Below, piece by piece: positions 60,200-64,000 of a DNA stretch of 64,000 bases. A model generated the notes under the pieces. The model saw nothing but the letters and a program-made list of their open reading frames with translations. It was not told where the DNA came from and searched no databases. How positions within the stretch are numbered: position 1 is the first letter of the stretch; each line of letters opens with the position of its first letter. The DNA is taken from the NCBI GenBank assembly GCA_965228475.1, contig OZ245817.1, positions 2,240,001 through 2,304,000 on the forward strand. The letters are read 5' to 3'. This stretch comes from Myxococcota bacterium (GTDB lineage: Bacteria > Myxococcota_A > UBA9160 > JAFDDA01). Made by a program: the position numbers and the translations under genes.

Positions 60200-60550
60200 A
60201 TGCGGATCGTTCGGACTGTGTTGCTGTTGGCGATCGTCGCCGGCTTGATCGTCGGCTCCGTGAAGTTCGTGAACGCGAACGCCACGACCGTGCCCGTGGA
60301 CTACCTCGCGGGCGTGCTGCCCGAGGTCCCCATCTGGGCACTGCTGCTCGGCTCCTTCGGAGCGGGCGTCCTGGTGACGGGGTTCTTCTCGCTGTACGAG
60401 ATCGCGAAGAAGGGCTGGGTGGCCCGGCGCTATCGCAAGGTCGCCGAGGGCCTCGAGTCCGAGATCCACCAGATGCGAAACCTTCCGCTGGTGGCGAGCG
60501 ACGAGGAAGCCCCGCCGGCCGCCGCGGCTCCGAACGAACGGAGCGCCTGA
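60200..60550 (+). CDS. lapA: LapA-family small membrane protein
   Basis: Two TM helices flanking N...V.VDY, then a basic coiled coil. Lies between ihfB and the lapB-like gene. Confidence 0.75.
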   Translation: MRIVRTVLLLAIVAGLIVGSVKFVNANATTVPVDYLAGVLPEVPIWALLLGSFGAGVLVTGFFSLYEIAKKGWVARRYRKVAEGLESEIHQMRNLPLVASDEEAPPAAAAPNERSA

Positions 60551-60554
60551 CGCC

Positions 60555-61583
60555 ATGTCGTGGTGGAAGCGCGCGTTCCGGGGCTCGCGCGCACCGGACA
60601 CGCCGAACGCGGCGGTTCGCGAGGCGCTCTACGCGCTTCTCGACCGGGATCTCGAGCGCGCGCAGGAGCTGCTCGCCCGCGCGGCGCAGCTCGACCCGGA
60701 CGAGATCGACGCCTATCTGCTGCTCGCGAGGCTCTACCGCGAGCGCGGTGAGGTGGGGCGGGCCATCCGCATCCACCAGAACCTGCTGCTGCGGCCCGAG
60801 CTCGAGCAGGACCAGAACACCGAGGTGCTCTCGGAGCTGGCGAGCGACTTTCGCGCGGGAGGCTTCCTGCGCCGGGCCATCGCCTCCTTCGAGGAGGTGC
60901 TCTCGCGGGATTCGAGCCACCCGAAGGCGCTCAAGGAGCTGGCCGCGCTCCTCGACAGCGTGCGCGACCACGAACGGGCGATCGAGATCGAGAAGCGGCT
61001 CGCGAAGATCGAGCGGCGGGATGCCTCGCCTCGGGAGTCGGCGCTCTACGTCGAGCTGGCGCGCACCGCCGAGGCCGAAGGCCGCGCGGGGGACGCGCGC
61101 AAGGCCCTGAAGAAGGCGCTCCGCCGGAACAAGGAGAACGTCGACGCCTGGACCCTGCTCGGGCGCATCGAGGCCGAGGAGCGCCGCCCGAAGCAGGCGC
61201 TCGCGGCCTGGCGGAAGGTTCCGGAGATCGATCGACGGGCCGGGCCTCGTGTCTACTCGCAGCTCGCCGCGACCTTTGCCGCGTCCGGAAAAGCGCGGGA
61301 CTACGAGACGTATCTCGAAGGCCTGCTGGCCTCGCAGCCCGAGGACCCCGCGGCCCGGCTCGCCCTGGCCGATGCACGCGCTGCCCGGGGCGACCGCGAG
61401 GGGGCCATCGCCCAGATCCGCGAGGTGCTCGACCGCGACGCCTCGAACCTCACGGCCCTGGCGGCGCTCGGCCGCGCGCTGCTCGCCGACGGCAACCACG
61501 GCGACGCGCTGAAGAGCTACGCCGAGCTGCTCGGTGTGCTCGAACGCCGCGGCCTGCTCGGCGTCGAGGAGCACCTCGAGTGA
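60555..61583 (+). CDS. LapB-like TPR protein
   Basis: LYRERGEVGRAIRIHQNL matches the LapB signature. TPR repeats. Lacks the N-terminal TM helix and the C-terminal CxxC pairs. Confidence 0.8.
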   Translation: MSWWKRAFRGSRAPDTPNAAVREALYALLDRDLERAQELLARAAQLDPDEIDAYLLLARLYRERGEVGRAIRIHQNLLLRPELEQDQNTEVLSELASDFRAGGFLRRAIASFEEVLSRDSSHPKALKELAALLDSVRDHERAIEIEKRLAKIERRDASPRESALYVELARTAEAEGRAGDARKALKKALRRNKENVDAWTLLGRIEAEERRPKQALAAWRKVPEIDRRAGPRVYSQLAATFAASGKARDYETYLEGLLASQPEDPAARLALADARAARGDREGAIAQIREVLDRDASNLTALAALGRALLADGNHGDALKSYAELLGVLERRGLLGVEEHLE

Positions 61584-64000
61584 GCCCGCGCGCTCGCTTG
61601 GCCCTCGAGACGCCCATGATGCGCCAGTTCCTGGCGATCAAGGCCGAACATCCGGACGCGATCCTGCTCTACCGCATGGGCGACTTCTACGAGATGTTCC
61701 TCGAAGACGCCGAGCGGGCGGCGCCGCTGCTCGAGATCGCTCTCACGACGCGCGACAAGGGCAAACCCGACGCCGTTCCCATGTGCGGCATCCCCGTGCA
61801 CAGCGCCGACGGCTACGTGAAGCGGCTGACGGAGCTCGGGCACCGCGTCGCGATCTGCGAGCAGGTCGAAGACCCGCGACAGACGAAGAAGCTCGTGAAG
61901 CGCCAGGTGGTCGAGGTCGTGACGCCGGGCCTCGTGGGCGACCCGGAAGGACTCGAGGGCAACCAGGAGGTGGCGGTGGTCGCCCTGGTTCCCGGAAGCG
62001 ATGGGCGAGACGCGGGCCTCGCCGCCCTCGAGGTCTCGACGGGCGACTTCCGGATGACGAGCGTGCCCGACCCGCAGGGCGAGGGCCTGCCGTCCGCACT
62101 CCTCGAAGAGGTCGAGCGGATTGCGCCACGCGAGGTGCTCCATCCCGAGGAGGCGCAGCCCCGCGTGATCGACGCCGTGCGGCTGCACCTGCCGAACGCG
62201 GCGCTCACGCCGATCCGCGCGGGCGAAGGCGAGAGCGAGACTTCCGTCGACGGTCTCGAGCCCGGCGACCGAACGCCCTCGGGCCGAGCCGCCGCCGCCC
62301 TCGTCGACTACCTCGCCGCGAACCAGCCCTTCGCCCTCGATCAGGTCCAGCGCCTCCGCCGCTACGCGCTCTCGGACGCGATGGTCATCGATGCCTCGAC
62401 GCGGCGTCACCTCGAACTCTTCGAGAGCAGCGAGGACCGCAGCCGCCACGGCACCCTCGTCGCGACGCTCGACCGCACCCGGTGTGCGCCGGGGGCCCGG
62501 CGCCTCGCGCGCTGGATCGCCTACCCGCTCCTCGGCGTCGATGCCGTGGCCCGGCGCCAGGAGGGCGTGGCCTGGCTTGCGGAGCGGGACCGGGTTCGCG
62601 CCCGGCTGCGCACGGCGCTCTCCGGCGTTCGCGACCCGGAGCGCCTGCTCGCGAAGGCGGGCCGGCCCAACGCCGGGCCGCGTGATCTCGCCGCCCTGCG
62701 GGATGCGCTGGCGGCCCTCCCGGCGGTGAGCGAGGCCCTGGCGGAGGAGGCGGGCTCGGAGCGTGGGCTCGCGCCGCATCGCCCGGAGGTCGTCGTGGCG
62801 CCGGAGCCCGTGCCGGCCGCCGTGGACCTGCTCGCCGAGGCGCTGGTGGACGACCCGCCCGTGATCCCGCGCGGCTCCCGCGGCGCGAACGAGACCGGCT
62901 ACATCCGCGACGGCTTCCGTCCGGAGCTCGACGCCCTTCGCGAAGCCGCACGGAAGGGCCGCGAGTGGATCGCCGGGCTCGAGACCAAGGAGCGCGAGCG
63001 GACGGGCATCGCCACCCTGAAGATGCGCTTCCACCCGGTGCACGGCTACGCGATCGAGGTGAGCAAGTCTCAGCTCGGCAAGGTCCCGGAGGACTACGAG
63101 CGCAAACAGACCCTCGCGAACGCCGAGCGTTTCACGACGCCGGAGCTGCGCGACGTCGAGAGCTCCGTGCTCGGCGCGAGCGATCGTGCCGCCGCTCTCG
63201 AACGCGAGGTGTTCGAAGGGGTCCGCCGCGAGGTGTTGACCCACGGCGCCGCCATCCACGCGGCGGCGGACGCGGCGGCGAACCTCGACGCCCTGGCCTC
63301 GCTGGCCGAGGTGGCGCGGGAGGGCGGCTGGATCCGGCCGGAGGTCGACGACAGCCGCGTCGTCGCGATCGCGGGAGGGCGGCACCCGGTGATCGAGCCG
63401 CTGCTCCGGGCCCAGGGCAGCGAGGAGTTCGTCCCGAACGATGCCCACCTCGACCCCGACGGGACGGGGATCCTGCTCCTCACCGGGCCGAACATGTCGG
63501 GCAAGAGCACCTACCTCCGGCAGGTCGCCCTGATCGTGCTGCTCGCGCAGATGGGCTCCTTCGTCCCGGCGGACTCCGCGCGCATCGGCGTGGTCGACCG
63601 TGTCTTCACGCGGGTGGGCGCTTCGGACCGCCTCGCCCGGGGCGAGTCCACGTTCATGGTCGAGATGCGCGAAGCGGCGGAGATCCTCGGGCAGGCGTCG
63701 GGCCAGAGCCTCGTGATCCTCGACGAGATCGGGCGCGGCACGAGCACCTTCGACGGCCTCTCGATCGCCTGGGCCGTGGCGGAGTACCTCCACGACACGC
63801 CCGGGCTTTGTCCACGAACGCTCTTCGCGACGCACTACCACGAGCTGACCGAGCTGGCCGCGACCAAGGAACACGTCGGCAACGCGCACTTCGAGGTGCG
63901 CGAGTGGAAGGACGAGGTCGTGTTCCTGCGAAGGATCGCGCCCGGGGGCGCGAACCGCTCCTACGGCATCCAGGTCGCGCGTCTCGCGGGCCTGCCCGCC
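61580..64000 (+). CDS. mutS: DNA mismatch repair protein MutS (3' end off the window)
   Basis: Not in the track. TPMMRQF, RMGDFYEMF, PMCGIP, GRHPV, TGPNMSGKST, STFMVEM, DEIGRGTST, ATHYHEL, SYGIQVARLAG. Start is GTG 61580 or TTG 61598. Confidence 0.97.
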   Translation, partial: MSPRARLALETPMMRQFLAIKAEHPDAILLYRMGDFYEMFLEDAERAAPLLEIALTTRDKGKPDAVPMCGIPVHSADGYVKRLTELGHRVAICEQVEDPRQTKKLVKRQVVEVVTPGLVGDPEGLEGNQEVAVVALVPGSDGRDAGLAALEVSTGDFRMTSVPDPQGEGLPSALLEEVERIAPREVLHPEEAQPRVIDAVRLHLPNAALTPIRAGEGESETSVDGLEPGDRTPSGRAAAALVDYLAANQPFALDQVQRLRRYALSDAMVIDASTRRHLELFESSEDRSRHGTLVATLDRTRCAPGARRLARWIAYPLLGVDAVARRQEGVAWLAERDRVRARLRTALSGVRDPERLLAKAGRPNAGPRDLAALRDALAALPAVSEALAEEAGSERGLAPHRPEVVVAPEPVPAAVDLLAEALVDDPPVIPRGSRGANETGYIRDGFRPELDALREAARKGREWIAGLETKERERTGIATLKMRFHPVHGYAIEVSKSQLGKVPEDYERKQTLANAERFTTPELRDVESSVLGASDRAAALEREVFEGVRREVLTHGAAIHAAADAAANLDALASLAEVAREGGWIRPEVDDSRVVAIAGGRHPVIEPLLRAQGSEEFVPNDAHLDPDGTGILLLTGPNMSGKSTYLRQVALIVLLAQMGSFVPADSARIGVVDRVFTRVGASDRLARGESTFMVEMREAAEILGQASGQSLVILDEIGRGTSTFDGLSIAWAVAEYLHDTPGLCPRTLFATHYHELTELAATKEHVGNAHFEVREWKDEVVFLRRIAPGGANRSYGIQVARLAGLPA

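Overview
A gene-dense, very GC-rich bacterial chromosomal segment. Gene content and sorting signals suggest a Myxococcota/deltaproteobacterium-like organism (inference only). I saw no prophage, integrase, transposase or CRISPR array. The left ~38 kb is accessory, signalling and envelope DNA. It holds a large lipoprotein, a surface protein with a Cys-containing C-terminal sorting tail, lnt coupled to a membrane class III cyclase, a Tat-signal aldo-keto reductase, marC, tRNA-Gly(CCC) and a 7TM-PAS-GGDEF-EAL protein. It also holds an NTT-type transporter with pgi, an uncharacterised three-gene envelope module, a PEP-CTERM protein, the NHEJ locus ku / ligD-DUF72-chaC, an lgt-GH1-sulfotransferase-site-2-protease operon and a PilZ-cNMP fusion. 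The right ~26 kb is mostly core: queG, dcd, dtd, ccdA-tlpA, a Crp-like gene, lptD, trpEGDCFBA, coaE, a diguanylate cyclase, pheA-hisC-tyrA-rpsA-ihfB-lapA-lapB-like and mutS (partial). The best signals are absent from the ORF track. (1) A 49-aa PqqA-like peptide gene (YxxP...ExxxY) at 31262-31411 has its own leaderless promoter and no pqq enzymes in the window. (2) A sigma28/FliA-like promoter motif with fixed 16-nt spacing precedes four cyclic-nucleotide signalling genes, plus two other operons. (3) A -10 hexamer / 6 nt / ATG leaderless arrangement recurs at several genes. Most very long ORFs in the track are antisense or off-frame shadows. All product calls come from motif recognition, with no database search.
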